A stretch of 64,000 nucleotides of DNA. Source: Planctomycetota bacterium (GTDB taxonomy: Bacteria > Planctomycetota > UBA1135). The notes under the pieces are model-generated. The model had not been told where the DNA came from. It saw only the letters and a program-made list of their open reading frames with translations, and made no database searches. Location of the stretch: the NCBI GenBank assembly GCA_045047305.1, contig JASFYO010000003.1, positions 1 to 64,000 of the forward strand, read 5' to 3'. Below, piece by piece: positions 39,028-47,827 of this stretch (positions within the stretch are counted from its first letter, which is position 1; the number at the start of each line of letters is the position of its first letter). The position numbers and the translations under genes were made by a program.

Positions 39028-40430
39028 GCAGAACCACTGATAACTGGATTGATGGAGCGATGGCTGCGCCGGAGAGCGGTGCTTACTTGGACAACATCGA
39101 TCCGAAAACTGGAACCGTGTGCGGCAAGATTGCGCGCAGTGGTGCCGCCGACGTCGAGCGTGCGGTTACAGCAGCAGCAGCAGCTCCGCGCTTGTCTGTA
39201 AACGACCGCAGTGCATTGTTGATTGCGGTTGCCGATGCCGTCGCCAAGCGAATTCCAGAGTTTGCAGCTGCCGAAGCGGAAGATAGTGGCAAAACCTTGG
39301 CTGCAACCACCAACGGCGACATCCCTCGGGCTTTAGATAACTTGCGCTACTTTGCCGCCGCAGTGCGTAGTGATCAAACTGCTTGCCATCAAATGGAAGA
39401 TGGTTTGAACTACACATTACGGCAGCCTTTGGGGGTGATTGCAGCGATTACCCCGTGGAATTTCCCACTACACCTATTTACTTGGAAGCTTGCGCCGGCC
39501 ATCGCCATGGGCAATGCCGTGGTGGCAAAACCAAGCGAGATGACCCCGTCTACCGCCACCATGTTCGCCGAGGTGTTTTCCGAAGTCGGCGCACCGAACG
39601 GTTTATTGAACGTGGTGCATGGCCTTGGTGCGGAAGCGGGGGAGCCGTTGGTGACCGATCCCCGTATCAAGGCAGTCTCTTTCACGGGTGGAACTGCTAC
39701 TGGGAAACGTATTGCTAGCCAAGCTGCGCCATTGCTGAAAAAGGTGAGCCTTGAGCTCGGTGGCAAAAACCCAAGCTTAGTTTTTGCCGACTGCGATGTA
39801 CACAAAGCAGCTGCTGGTGTGGCACGTGCCGCTTTCTTCAACACTGGGCAAGTTTGCCTTTGCGGTTCGCGCCTTTTGGTGGAGGCTTCGATTCACGACG
39901 ATTTTGTGGAAGCCCTGAAACAGCAAGTTGAGAGCGGGGATTGGACTCCCGGTGGCTCCATGGGGTCGTTGATCTCCTTTGAACACCGTGAAAAGGTTGC
40001 CTCCTACGTCGACCTTGCGCGGCAAGAAGGTGGCACGGTTGTTTTTGGCGGCCATAAGGTTGGCCCTGAAGGCGGTGCTTTTTTTGAACCGACACTGATC
40101 ACTGGTTTGCCCATCGATTGTCGTACAGCTACCGAGGAAATCTTTGGGCCGGTGGTTACGGTACACCCTTTCAGCACTGAAGCCGAGGCCTTGTCGATGG
40201 CGAACGCCGTGGACTATGGACTAGCATCTTCCATTTGGACTCAGGACATCACTCGCGCGCACCGTCTTGCCGCCGATATTGAGTCTGGCATGGTGTGGAT
40301 TAACACTTGGAATAAACGCGACTTCCGGGTGCCCTTCGGTGGCATGAAACAAAGTGGCGTCGGCCGGGAAGGTGGACGCTACGCCATGGAGTTCTTCTCG
40401 CAAGACCGCAACATCTGCATTCAACTTTGA
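39024..40430 (+). CDS. amnC: 2-aminomuconate 6-semialdehyde dehydrogenase (HMSADH/ALDH8-like)
   Basis: DIPRA..N, PWNFP, FTGGT, LELGGKNP, GQVCLCGSR, EEIFGP, RD.R.PFGGMK; context. Confidence 0.85.
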   Translation: MSRTTDNWIDGAMAAPESGAYLDNIDPKTGTVCGKIARSGAADVERAVTAAAAAPRLSVNDRSALLIAVADAVAKRIPEFAAAEAEDSGKTLAATTNGDIPRALDNLRYFAAAVRSDQTACHQMEDGLNYTLRQPLGVIAAITPWNFPLHLFTWKLAPAIAMGNAVVAKPSEMTPSTATMFAEVFSEVGAPNGLLNVVHGLGAEAGEPLVTDPRIKAVSFTGGTATGKRIASQAAPLLKKVSLELGGKNPSLVFADCDVHKAAAGVARAAFFNTGQVCLCGSRLLVEASIHDDFVEALKQQVESGDWTPGGSMGSLISFEHREKVASYVDLARQEGGTVVFGGHKVGPEGGAFFEPTLITGLPIDCRTATEEIFGPVVTVHPFSTEAEALSMANAVDYGLASSIWTQDITRAHRLAADIESGMVWINTWNKRDFRVPFGGMKQSGVGREGGRYAMEFFSQDRNICIQL

Positions 40431-40432
40431 TC

Positions 40433-41341
40433 ATGAATGAGCCAGGAAGAATCGTTACCGGATGCCTTGCCCCGCATCCACCACACCTCGTATACGCTTC
40501 GAATCCAGAGCAAAATGAGCCCAGGTCGAGTGGCGCTGGAGCCTGGAAACCGTTGTTGGATGGCTACGCGCGGCTACGTGAGAGCATTCAAAACCGTGAG
40601 TACGATGTCATCATTGTGCATACCCCGCACTGGAAGACCACGGTCGGGCACCATCTTTTGGGGGTGCCCCATTTCGAAGGACTGTCGGTAGATCCAATCT
40701 TCCCCAATCTGTTCCGTTTTCATTTCGACCTGAATGTCGATGTGGATCTCGCTGAGGCCATTTGCGCCGAGGCCGAAACCGAAGGCCTGGTGATGGGCAT
40801 GATGCGTAACCCCGAGTTTCGGGTGGACTATGGAACCATCACCTCGAGCTACTTGGTGCGCCCAGAATTCGATTTGCCGATTGTGGCGATTAGTTCGGCG
40901 CGGACCTATTTCGACTACAGCGATGAAGCCGGCGAACGGGAAATGCTTGCGCTTGGTGCTGCAACCAAACGTGCGGTGGAGAAGTCCGGCAAGAAAGCCT
41001 TGTTGCTTGCAAGTTGCTCCTTGAGCCATCGGCACTTCACCGATGAGCCGTCGGATCCGGAAGACCCAAGTTTTGAAGGCATCTATAACGCCAATCAAGG
41101 CAAGTGGGACCGCCACATGATGGCCATGATGGAGGCAGGGGACACCGCCCGATTGCTTGAGGAAATGCCAGACTTTATTGCCCAAGCGATTTCAGAATGT
41201 CGCGATGGCAGCCTTACATGGATGCTTGCCGCTATGGATATGCCAACCATCCCCGCAAAGATTCATGGTTATGGAACGGTGATTGGAACCGGCAATGCGG
41301 TCGTGGAGTGGGATTTAGAAGGCGCAGAGGTGAAGGCATGA
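40433..41341 (+). CDS. amnB: 2-aminophenol 1,6-dioxygenase, catalytic beta subunit (LigB family)
   Basis: LAPHPPHLVY..NP.QNEP, HTPHW, SVDPIFPNLFR, RVDYGT, LSHRHF; matches the AmnB/CnbCb pattern. Confidence 0.9.
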   Translation: MNEPGRIVTGCLAPHPPHLVYASNPEQNEPRSSGAGAWKPLLDGYARLRESIQNREYDVIIVHTPHWKTTVGHHLLGVPHFEGLSVDPIFPNLFRFHFDLNVDVDLAEAICAEAETEGLVMGMMRNPEFRVDYGTITSSYLVRPEFDLPIVAISSARTYFDYSDEAGEREMLALGAATKRAVEKSGKKALLLASCSLSHRHFTDEPSDPEDPSFEGIYNANQGKWDRHMMAMMEAGDTARLLEEMPDFIAQAISECRDGSLTWMLAAMDMPTIPAKIHGYGTVIGTGNAVVEWDLEGAEVKA

Positions 41342-42273
41342 GCGAAGGCTATGTTGTAGGTGCCTACTTGGTGCCAAATCAGCCGCTGCCTCTCCTGGCG
41401 CCGGAACAATCCCCTGCGTGGCAGTCCTTGCATGATTCCTACGCTAAGGTACGTGAGGAAATAGAAGCCTCGGAAGCCGATTTGATTCTCATTTTCAGCA
41501 CGCGTTGGGTGAGCATCATTGGACATCAAATGCAGGCTGATCCAGAGCCTGATTTCTGGGTCGTGGACGAAGACTTTCATCAGTTTGGCAGCCTGCACTA
41601 CAAGCTTAAGATTGATGCCGGTTTCGCCAGCCTTTACCGCGATTGTGCCCAAGCGCGTGGCTTGGAAGCGCGCACTGTGGCTTACCAAGGGTTCCCCATC
41701 GATGTCGGCAGCATCACGGCCTTAAAGCTGCTTAACCCCGACAACCGCATCCCTGCAGGCATCGTTTCTTGCAATGTGTATTCCGACCGCGCCGAAACTT
41801 TGGTGCTTGGAAAGGCTGCTGCCGATGCGATTAAAAAGAGTGGACGCAAAGTTATTCTGCTCGGAGTTTCTGCATTGTCCAATCGCATGTTTACGGAGTG
41901 GATTGATCCAAAAGAGGACCACATTCATTCATTGAAGGACGATGAATGGAATCGCAAAATCCTAGAACTGCTAGGTGAAGGGCGTTTGGAAGATGTTTCG
42001 CAACTCTCTCGCGAGTTTAGCCGCCAGGCGAATGGCGATTCCAAGATGAAGGCGATTTGGTGGATGGCGTCTGCGATGGGCCAAAGCAATGACTATCGCG
42101 GCACGGTGTTTGACTATCAGCCGGTTTGGGGGACGGGCGCGGCACTCGTTGGATTAACTCCTGCCACCAAACTCGGCGGCGGCTTGGAGTACGATGAAGA
42201 CGACACTGAGTATTACCGCGGGGATCGCAATGTCCTTGCTAGCGTCAAGAAAGAAGAGGTAAATCCATCATGA
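41338..42273 (+). CDS. amnA: 2-aminophenol 1,6-dioxygenase, alpha subunit
   Basis: AYLVP..PLP.L.PE...W, FSTRW, Y.GFPID.G, D.WN..IL, WGTGAA; lacks Fe-binding His as AmnA does. Confidence 0.88.
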   Translation: MSEGYVVGAYLVPNQPLPLLAPEQSPAWQSLHDSYAKVREEIEASEADLILIFSTRWVSIIGHQMQADPEPDFWVVDEDFHQFGSLHYKLKIDAGFASLYRDCAQARGLEARTVAYQGFPIDVGSITALKLLNPDNRIPAGIVSCNVYSDRAETLVLGKAAADAIKKSGRKVILLGVSALSNRMFTEWIDPKEDHIHSLKDDEWNRKILELLGEGRLEDVSQLSREFSRQANGDSKMKAIWWMASAMGQSNDYRGTVFDYQPVWGTGAALVGLTPATKLGGGLEYDEDDTEYYRGDRNVLASVKKEEVNPS

Positions 42274-42698
42274 GCCATCCCATCCGCACTCATAAAGCGC
42301 CTGATCCAGTCGGTGCCTACCCACACGCCCGACGCCACGGCGACCTCCTCTTTCTTTCTGGAGTAGGGCCGCGCCAAGCTGGCACCAATGCTATCCCGGG
42401 TGGCCCCATCCACGACGCGGATGGCAATCCCAACGATTACGATATCCAAGCTCAAACCGAAGCCGTCATCGCCAACGTGAAAGCGGTGCTCGAAGCTTGC
42501 GGTGCGACCTTAGATGATGTTCTAGATGTCACCGTCTATCTGATTGACATGGACCGTGACTTCAAAGGTTACAATAAGGTCTACGCGAAGCACTTCACCA
42601 CGGTTCAGGCTGCACGTACCACCTTGGCGATTCGCGCCCTGCCAACACCGATTGCGGTGGAGTTCAAAGTCATTGCTCAAGCGCCTTCCGCAAAATGA
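42270..42698 (+). CDS. amnD: RidA-family protein, probable 2-aminomuconate deaminase
   Basis: PVGAYPHA..GDLLFLSG.GPR, YL.DM.RDF..YN, RTT....LPTPIAVEFK; context. Confidence 0.8.
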   Translation: MSHPIRTHKAPDPVGAYPHARRHGDLLFLSGVGPRQAGTNAIPGGPIHDADGNPNDYDIQAQTEAVIANVKAVLEACGATLDDVLDVTVYLIDMDRDFKGYNKVYAKHFTTVQAARTTLAIRALPTPIAVEFKVIAQAPSAK

Positions 42699-43312
42699 TT
42701 ATTGATATCAGCCCTGTGATTAGTGCCCGGATTGGCGTTTGGCCAGGGGATACGGGGTTTTCGCGGGAGGTTTGCCTGGATACGAATCAAGGCGATCACA
42801 TCACCTTAAGCGCGATTCAAACCACGTTGCACTTAGGGGCTCATGTCGATGCGCCAAACCATTATCGTGCCGGCGCCAAGGCCATCCATGAACGTGCCTT
42901 GGAGCGTTATTACGGCCCATGCCAAGTGGTGCACGTTGACTTGCCACGAGGTACACGGATCCGCCCGGAGCATTTGAAGGTAGCGATTGAGGCTCCAAGA
43001 GTCTTATTTCATACTGGGAGTTTTCCAAACCCAGAGTCTTGGAACTCGGATTTCAATGCACTGAGCAAAGAATTAGTAGATGACTTGCAGGCGCAAGGGG
43101 TCGACCTGATTGGAATTGATACGCCCTCCATTGATTTGCAAGACGACAAGGTGTTGCAGTCCCACCAAGCGATTGCCAATCATGATATGGCCATCCTTGA
43201 AGGCGTCGTTCTCACCTCTGTTGAGCCTGGCTTGTACACTTTGTGCGCTTTGCCGTTGCCGCTTGAAGGCGCCGATGCCTCGCCGGTCCGCGCCGTTCTC
43301 ATCCGCGACTAA
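42695..43312 (+). CDS. kynB: Kynurenine formamidase (cyclase family)
   Basis: IDIS, WPGD, HLGAHVDAP.H, GIDTPSID, ILEG, DASPVRA. Confidence 0.9.
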   Translation: MIIDISPVISARIGVWPGDTGFSREVCLDTNQGDHITLSAIQTTLHLGAHVDAPNHYRAGAKAIHERALERYYGPCQVVHVDLPRGTRIRPEHLKVAIEAPRVLFHTGSFPNPESWNSDFNALSKELVDDLQAQGVDLIGIDTPSIDLQDDKVLQSHQAIANHDMAILEGVVLTSVEPGLYTLCALPLPLEGADASPVRAVLIRD

Positions 43313-43582
43313 CTAGCGAGTCGCGTCTTCGGGATCTTCGCGCCAAGAACCGACCACGCGCTTCATCACCTGCTCGAAGTCCTCGGGTAAATCGGAGGGC
43401 GCTGGGTGATCGGTAATTTCACGGACCTGCCGATATTGCTTTAGGTAGGCGCGGCATGGGGGACACATCATGAGGTGCCCGCTGACGAAAATGCGCTCCC
43501 AAAGGCTTACCTCTCTATCCAGATAGCGATCTAGGGCCGCATAGAGGTGATCGCAACGGAGTAGGAGGTCTTTAGAAGGCAT
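43313..43582 (-). CDS. zf-HC2 zinc-finger (anti-sigma-like) small protein
   Basis: C....L..YLD.E......HLMMCPPC (HxxxCxxC); start moved to ATG 43582. Confidence 0.8.
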   Translation of the reverse strand: MPSKDLLLRCDHLYAALDRYLDREVSLWERIFVSGHLMMCPPCRAYLKQYRQVREITDHPAPSDLPEDFEQVMKRVVGSWREDPEDATR

Positions 43583-43693
43583 GGTCTTCCATATCTTCGC
43601 ATTTCCAGCTTGGGCGTGACAGAGTTTCTGGCTTGAAAGCAATCGGGCTTCGGTTATCCTCGGGACACCCCCCAAATCTGATAAGAGCCCATC

Positions 43694-43816
43694 ATGAAAC
43701 TAAAAGCTTGTTTGTCCTTCTTGTTTTTGATCCTTGCACTTGGCGCTTGTTCGAGCGATTCTTCTGATGATACGGAAGGAAACGCTCAAAACGGGGTCGA
43801 CGAATTGGATTATTAA
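43694..43816 (+). CDS. 40-aa acidic lipoprotein, not in ORF track
   Basis: MKLKACLSFLFLILALGACSSDSSDDTEGNAQNGVDELDY*; LGAC lipobox. Confidence 0.7.
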   Translation: MKLKACLSFLFLILALGACSSDSSDDTEGNAQNGVDELDY

Positions 43817-43836
43817 AACAGAAAATTCCCGCTTAA

Positions 43837-43854
43837 ACCGTGTAATTACGCGGT
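43837..43854. promoter_or_regulatory. Near-perfect 18-bp palindrome, possible regulator site
   Basis: ACCGTGTAATTACGCGGT matches its reverse complement at 16 of 18 positions; AT-rich intergenic region. Confidence 0.35.
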
Positions 43855-43952
43855 AAAAAGAGGTGGATTGAGTTTTTTCTGTTAACCAACTGGGTGTCGT
43901 TCGTATGCTTCCACATACGGCCGGCTCCCTGGCCCGTTAATCACGTAAGCAG

Positions 43953-44564
43953 ATGAACACTCCAAAATTCAACTTAACCCTCCTTCTTCTTGGACTTGCG
44001 GCATTTGTCGCAACCCCATCTTCCTCTTTTGCACAAGAAGATAAAGGTGGTGTGGAATCAACCCAAGGGGTTGATACCGGCGAAGTCCAAGGCACCGTTG
44101 AGAAGATCAATCAAGATGCTGGCGAAGCCCAAGGCAAAGCTGGTAAGAAAGGCAAGAAAGGTCTTGGTGGCGGAAAAACCACCAAAGAGCAGCGCCAGTT
44201 GATGCACGCCGTTGCCGCAGAAATGGGCAAGTACCGCGCAAACACGGCACGCTTGGCTCAAGCCCGCAGCGTTGGCGAAAGGAAGAATAACGCCGACTTG
44301 ATCAAGAAGGCCAATGAGATGGCGCCGAAGTTGGAAGCCCAGCACAAGGAAGCTATGGATGCTTTACGCGCCAAATATGGCGAAAAAGAGGTGGCTGCAG
44401 TGGTCGAACGCCTGAATAGCCAATCCAAGTCCGACATCAAGAAACATAAAAAGTTTGCTGGCGATGCCACCAAGAAGGGCAATAAACAAGCCAAGGAAAC
44501 CAAAGGCAAAGGCAAGAAAAAGCAAAAGCACCGCGAAGGAAAAGAAGAAGGTTCTGACTCCTAA
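43953..44564 (+). CDS. Secreted Lys-rich helical hypothetical protein
   Basis: Sec signal (SFA/QED), K/G-rich tracts on both sides of a helical core. Confidence 0.8.
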   Translation: MNTPKFNLTLLLLGLAAFVATPSSSFAQEDKGGVESTQGVDTGEVQGTVEKINQDAGEAQGKAGKKGKKGLGGGKTTKEQRQLMHAVAAEMGKYRANTARLAQARSVGERKNNADLIKKANEMAPKLEAQHKEAMDALRAKYGEKEVAAVVERLNSQSKSDIKKHKKFAGDATKKGNKQAKETKGKGKKKQKHREGKEEGSDS

Positions 44565-44588
44565 ATAACCCCCAAACACAACAACACA

Positions 44589-44792
44589 ATGTCCAAACTG
44601 TTAACTCTTACCTGCCTTTTCGGCGCGCTGACATTTGCCAGTTGCTCCGGCGAGGAAAAACCTGCCGACATCACCACCACCGATGAAGCAGCAACTGTTA
44701 TTTCCGAAAGTGATGCCGCTGCAAACGCAGCAGAAGAAATCACCGACGAAGCAGCCGCGAATGCTGCACTAGACAGCATGCTTGACGGCTAA
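44589..44792 (+). CDS. Small acidic Ala-rich lipoprotein
   Basis: FASC lipobox; repeated TDEAA and AAANAA. Confidence 0.75.
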   Translation: MSKLLTLTCLFGALTFASCSGEEKPADITTTDEAATVISESDAAANAAEEITDEAAANAALDSMLDG

Positions 44793-44795
44793 ACC

Positions 44796-46901
44796 TTAGC
44801 TTCCACGTCGACGACGCCCACTGCTTCGACGACGTCGCTCTTTAGAAGCTGCAGTTCCCTCGGGAGCTGCAGCTTCTTCTTTTTCAATCTCAGCTTTGAC
44901 GGCTTCGGCACCGCCTTCCAAGCCGAGTTCGGCGCGAACGTCAATCGGGCCGCGGTAAAGGCATGCCACGGCCTCGTCGATGGTGGCAGTGAGGCGTGGG
45001 TCGGAGTCCCCCAATAACTTATACAGGTGGCGTAAGTACTGCACCGTCATGCGTGCAACGCGGACGAAATCGCCAGGAGCTGCACTGGTGAAGCGCGACA
45101 GCTCGGTGAATGGGCGTCCCATCGCGTATTCGTAGATTGCGGGGCTCATCGAAGGGTCAATCTGTTTTAGCGAGCCGACCAAACCGCAATCGGTTTCGCG
45201 TTCTATGGCATAATCAATCACCCGTGCAGCATGATTCAAGAAACCTTTCATCGGGCGCAGTGCCTGGCGTGGATACTCATCGCGACGCCGCCCCTCATGA
45301 ATCACCGAGCCAATCAATCCGCACAATGCGGGTGCGTCGATGTCTTCAAACACGCCTTCGTACAACATCTCAGTGAGTTGTATTTCATAGCCAAACAGGT
45401 GTAGGCAGGTCCGTCCGCGGGCGAGAATCTCGCGCTCGGGCTTGATGTAGCCCATTTGCTCGAGAAACTGGAATCGCTTGTTGAGTAGTGCACGGACTTG
45501 ACGTCGGTTGTGCTCCTCGCGTTTTTTGGAATGCTCACGTGCTTGGAAGGCGGCAAAACTGTTCTCCCAAACTTCGGCGGCGTACTGATTGCCGGCGATG
45601 CCATGCAGATGTACCAAGGAGGCATAGTCCAAGTTGAACCGCGATGTGATCGGTTCCACGCGCCCCGCTTGAATGCGGTTGATCGGGGCGTCCATCACGT
45701 CGTCGAAATCGAGTACGGAATAGACCAACCCTTCGGCATCCATGCCTAGGCGTCCGGCACGGCCTGCCATCTGCAGGTAGTCACGCGTGCGCATGTAGTC
45801 GAAATCAATGCCATCGAATTTGCATAAACTGTCGAACACCACCGCGCGCGCTGGCATGTTGATGCCTAAAGCGAAGGTCTCGGTGGTGTAGAGGATGCGC
45901 AAAAGCCCGGTAGCGAACATGCGCTCCACCATTTCCTTTTGTAACGGCAACATGCCCGCATGGTGATATCCCACGCCGCGCGCCAGCATGCCACGCAAGG
46001 TGCCCATGGGGCCTCTACGGTCGTCAAAGCCGAACTCGGCCTTGCCCGCATCCCATAATTTCTCGAAGGCGGCAACGCCATCACGGTCGAGCAACTTGCG
46101 CGAGCGCGAGGTTTTGAGTGCTTTGGATTCACACAGCTTGCGTGAAAAGCAAAAGTACAGAATCGGCAGGCGCTCCTCTTTGACGAGCTCATCGACTAAT
46201 TCGCGGTCGTCACGTTGTTTCCAGTCACGGTCCTTTTTGTGCTCCTTGAAACGATTGCGCACTGGCTTCAACCGACTCGGCGGGAAGATTCCAGCCTTGG
46301 GGTGAAACAGGTAATGCTTCAAAGGAACCGGGCGCTTGGTTTCTTCCACCACGGTCAACGGACGTTTGCGTACTCGTTCTAGCCAAGCTGCGAACTGCCC
46401 CAAATTGTCAATGGTTGCGGAAAGCGCCACAATCACCACATTCTCTGGAAGGAACATCAAGGTTTCTTCCCACACCGAACCACGCTCGGGGTCGTCCATG
46501 AAGTGCACTTCATCGAACACCACCACACCGACATCGTTCAACTGACTTGCGTCTTCCACTAAAGTGTTGCGCAAGATTTCCGTCGTCATCACCATCACGC
46601 GTCCATTTGGATTCAGAGTGATGTCACCGGTGCTAAGCCCCACGCTATCAATCTCTGGATCCTCGGTGAAGTCGCGGAACTTCTGGTTGCTCAGCGCCTT
46701 GATGGGGGCGGTGTACAGTGCTCGCGTTCCCTTCTTCTGCGCGAGATGAATCGCGTATTCCGCAACCAAGGTTTTGCCAGCGCCAGTGGGGGCAGCCACC
46801 AGGACATTGTGGTGCGTATCCAATGCCGCCGCGGCTTTCCTCTGGAAGGAGGAGAGCGTGAAACCTTTGAATTCGGTGGGGCCATGACCCGTCATAGGCA
46901 T
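44796..46901 (-). CDS. Ski2/HelY-like DEAD/DEAH RNA helicase
   Basis: APTGAGKT, PIKALSNQK, DEVH, SAT, HHAG, QMAGRAGR, DSHCT-like C-terminus; start moved to about 46901. Confidence 0.92.
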   Translation of the reverse strand: MPMTGHGPTEFKGFTLSSFQRKAAAALDTHHNVLVAAPTGAGKTLVAEYAIHLAQKKGTRALYTAPIKALSNQKFRDFTEDPEIDSVGLSTGDITLNPNGRVMVMTTEILRNTLVEDASQLNDVGVVVFDEVHFMDDPERGSVWEETLMFLPENVVIVALSATIDNLGQFAAWLERVRKRPLTVVEETKRPVPLKHYLFHPKAGIFPPSRLKPVRNRFKEHKKDRDWKQRDDRELVDELVKEERLPILYFCFSRKLCESKALKTSRSRKLLDRDGVAAFEKLWDAGKAEFGFDDRRGPMGTLRGMLARGVGYHHAGMLPLQKEMVERMFATGLLRILYTTETFALGINMPARAVVFDSLCKFDGIDFDYMRTRDYLQMAGRAGRLGMDAEGLVYSVLDFDDVMDAPINRIQAGRVEPITSRFNLDYASLVHLHGIAGNQYAAEVWENSFAAFQAREHSKKREEHNRRQVRALLNKRFQFLEQMGYIKPEREILARGRTCLHLFGYEIQLTEMLYEGVFEDIDAPALCGLIGSVIHEGRRRDEYPRQALRPMKGFLNHAARVIDYAIERETDCGLVGSLKQIDPSMSPAIYEYAMGRPFTELSRFTSAAPGDFVRVARMTVQYLRHLYKLLGDSDPRLTATIDEAVACLYRGPIDVRAELGLEGGAEAVKAEIEKEEAAAPEGTAASKERRRRSSGRRRRGS

Positions 46902-46945
46902 AGCATGGGTGGATACGGAGAGCGGGTCAAGGTAGAACAGGGAAC

Positions 46946-47827
46946 ATGGGCCTCGCCACGCGTCCTTACCTACCGCATCAAAACTTGCTTGCGCTCCTTT
47001 TGTTCGCCACTCTTCCTGCTTGCGGTGATGCTCAATCCATGCAGCAGCCGCGCGCTCTGTCGGATTATCGTATCGATCAGGTGCCTCAGCTCCCCGGTGG
47101 ATTTCCGCCGGCCTGGGCTGCTCGCTTTGACCAAGTTCTGGCCGACGCCCCCGACATTGCCCTCGGCGATCCCTTGGCGTCACAAGTGGTGCACGACTTG
47201 CTCGCTCAGGTGGAATGGATTGACCCTAAAACTATTGAGGTGGAGCTGGCCCTTCCGGAGGGGGTGCGGGTGAACTTCTTGCCCAAGATTCCGGTTTTCG
47301 CGATTGCACGTGGGCAGACCCCGATTGCAACCCTCGCCCGCGACGGCACCCTCATTCCAAGCGGCTTTTCGGAGGCGACCATGCGCAGCTTGTTGTTTGT
47401 GTCGCTGGATGCGGATAAGGATTTACCCGAAGTCGGCCAGCGCTTTGCCGACCCTGTGGTGCAGGAGGCTTTTCGCCTTTGGGTGGCGGCCGACACGATT
47501 TACACGCAAACTGGATTACCGATTATGTCGATTCAGCGCCGTTCAGACTATCCGCAGGCGTCGCCGGGTATCGCGCCAGCCATGTCCTTCATTTTGGCTA
47601 ATGGAGTGGAGATTTCATGGGGCCGTGCGAGCGGCACTGCCGACCCAGCTGCAGTCAATCGCGACGGCAAGCCGCTCTCTTCCGCGCGCAGGATGCAGAG
47701 GCTAGCCCTGGTCCTGCACGCGTACCCTATGTTGCAAGGGGTCGGGCGCTTGGTGCTCGACGATCCTTTGGTGAAGGTGTTCGATGAACAGGGTGCTCTT
47801 CTGCCCTTGCCCGCAACGATTCGGTGA
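46946..47827 (+). CDS. Lipoprotein with an FtsQ/DivIB-like POTRA-beta region
   Basis: LPAC lipobox; L..VEWI...EV...LP.GV.V.....PV.........DG.L pattern. Confidence 0.5.
   Translation: MGLATRPYLPHQNLLALLLFATLPACGDAQSMQQPRALSDYRIDQVPQLPGGFPPAWAARFDQVLADAPDIALGDPLASQVVHDLLAQVEWIDPKTIEVELALPEGVRVNFLPKIPVFAIARGQTPIATLARDGTLIPSGFSEATMRSLLFVSLDADKDLPEVGQRFADPVVQEAFRLWVAADTIYTQTGLPIMSIQRRSDYPQASPGIAPAMSFILANGVEISWGRASGTADPAAVNRDGKPLSSARRMQRLALVLHAYPMLQGVGRLVLDDPLVKVFDEQGALLPLPATIR

Noticed and set aside
40433..42273. Canonical 3-hydroxyanthranilate 3,4-dioxygenase
   Set aside because: 3-HAO is a small cupin; these are two LigB-fold subunits with AmnB/AmnA motifs, and no ACMSD is present.
43881..43905. 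Possible ECF promoter (AAC...CGT)
   Set aside because: The 15-nt spacing looks short and the motif is too small to support without a known sigma factor.
46902..47183. 94-aa N-terminal extension of the helicase in the ORF track
   Set aside because: It overlaps the opposite-strand lipoprotein gene, and helicase similarity starts only near 46901.
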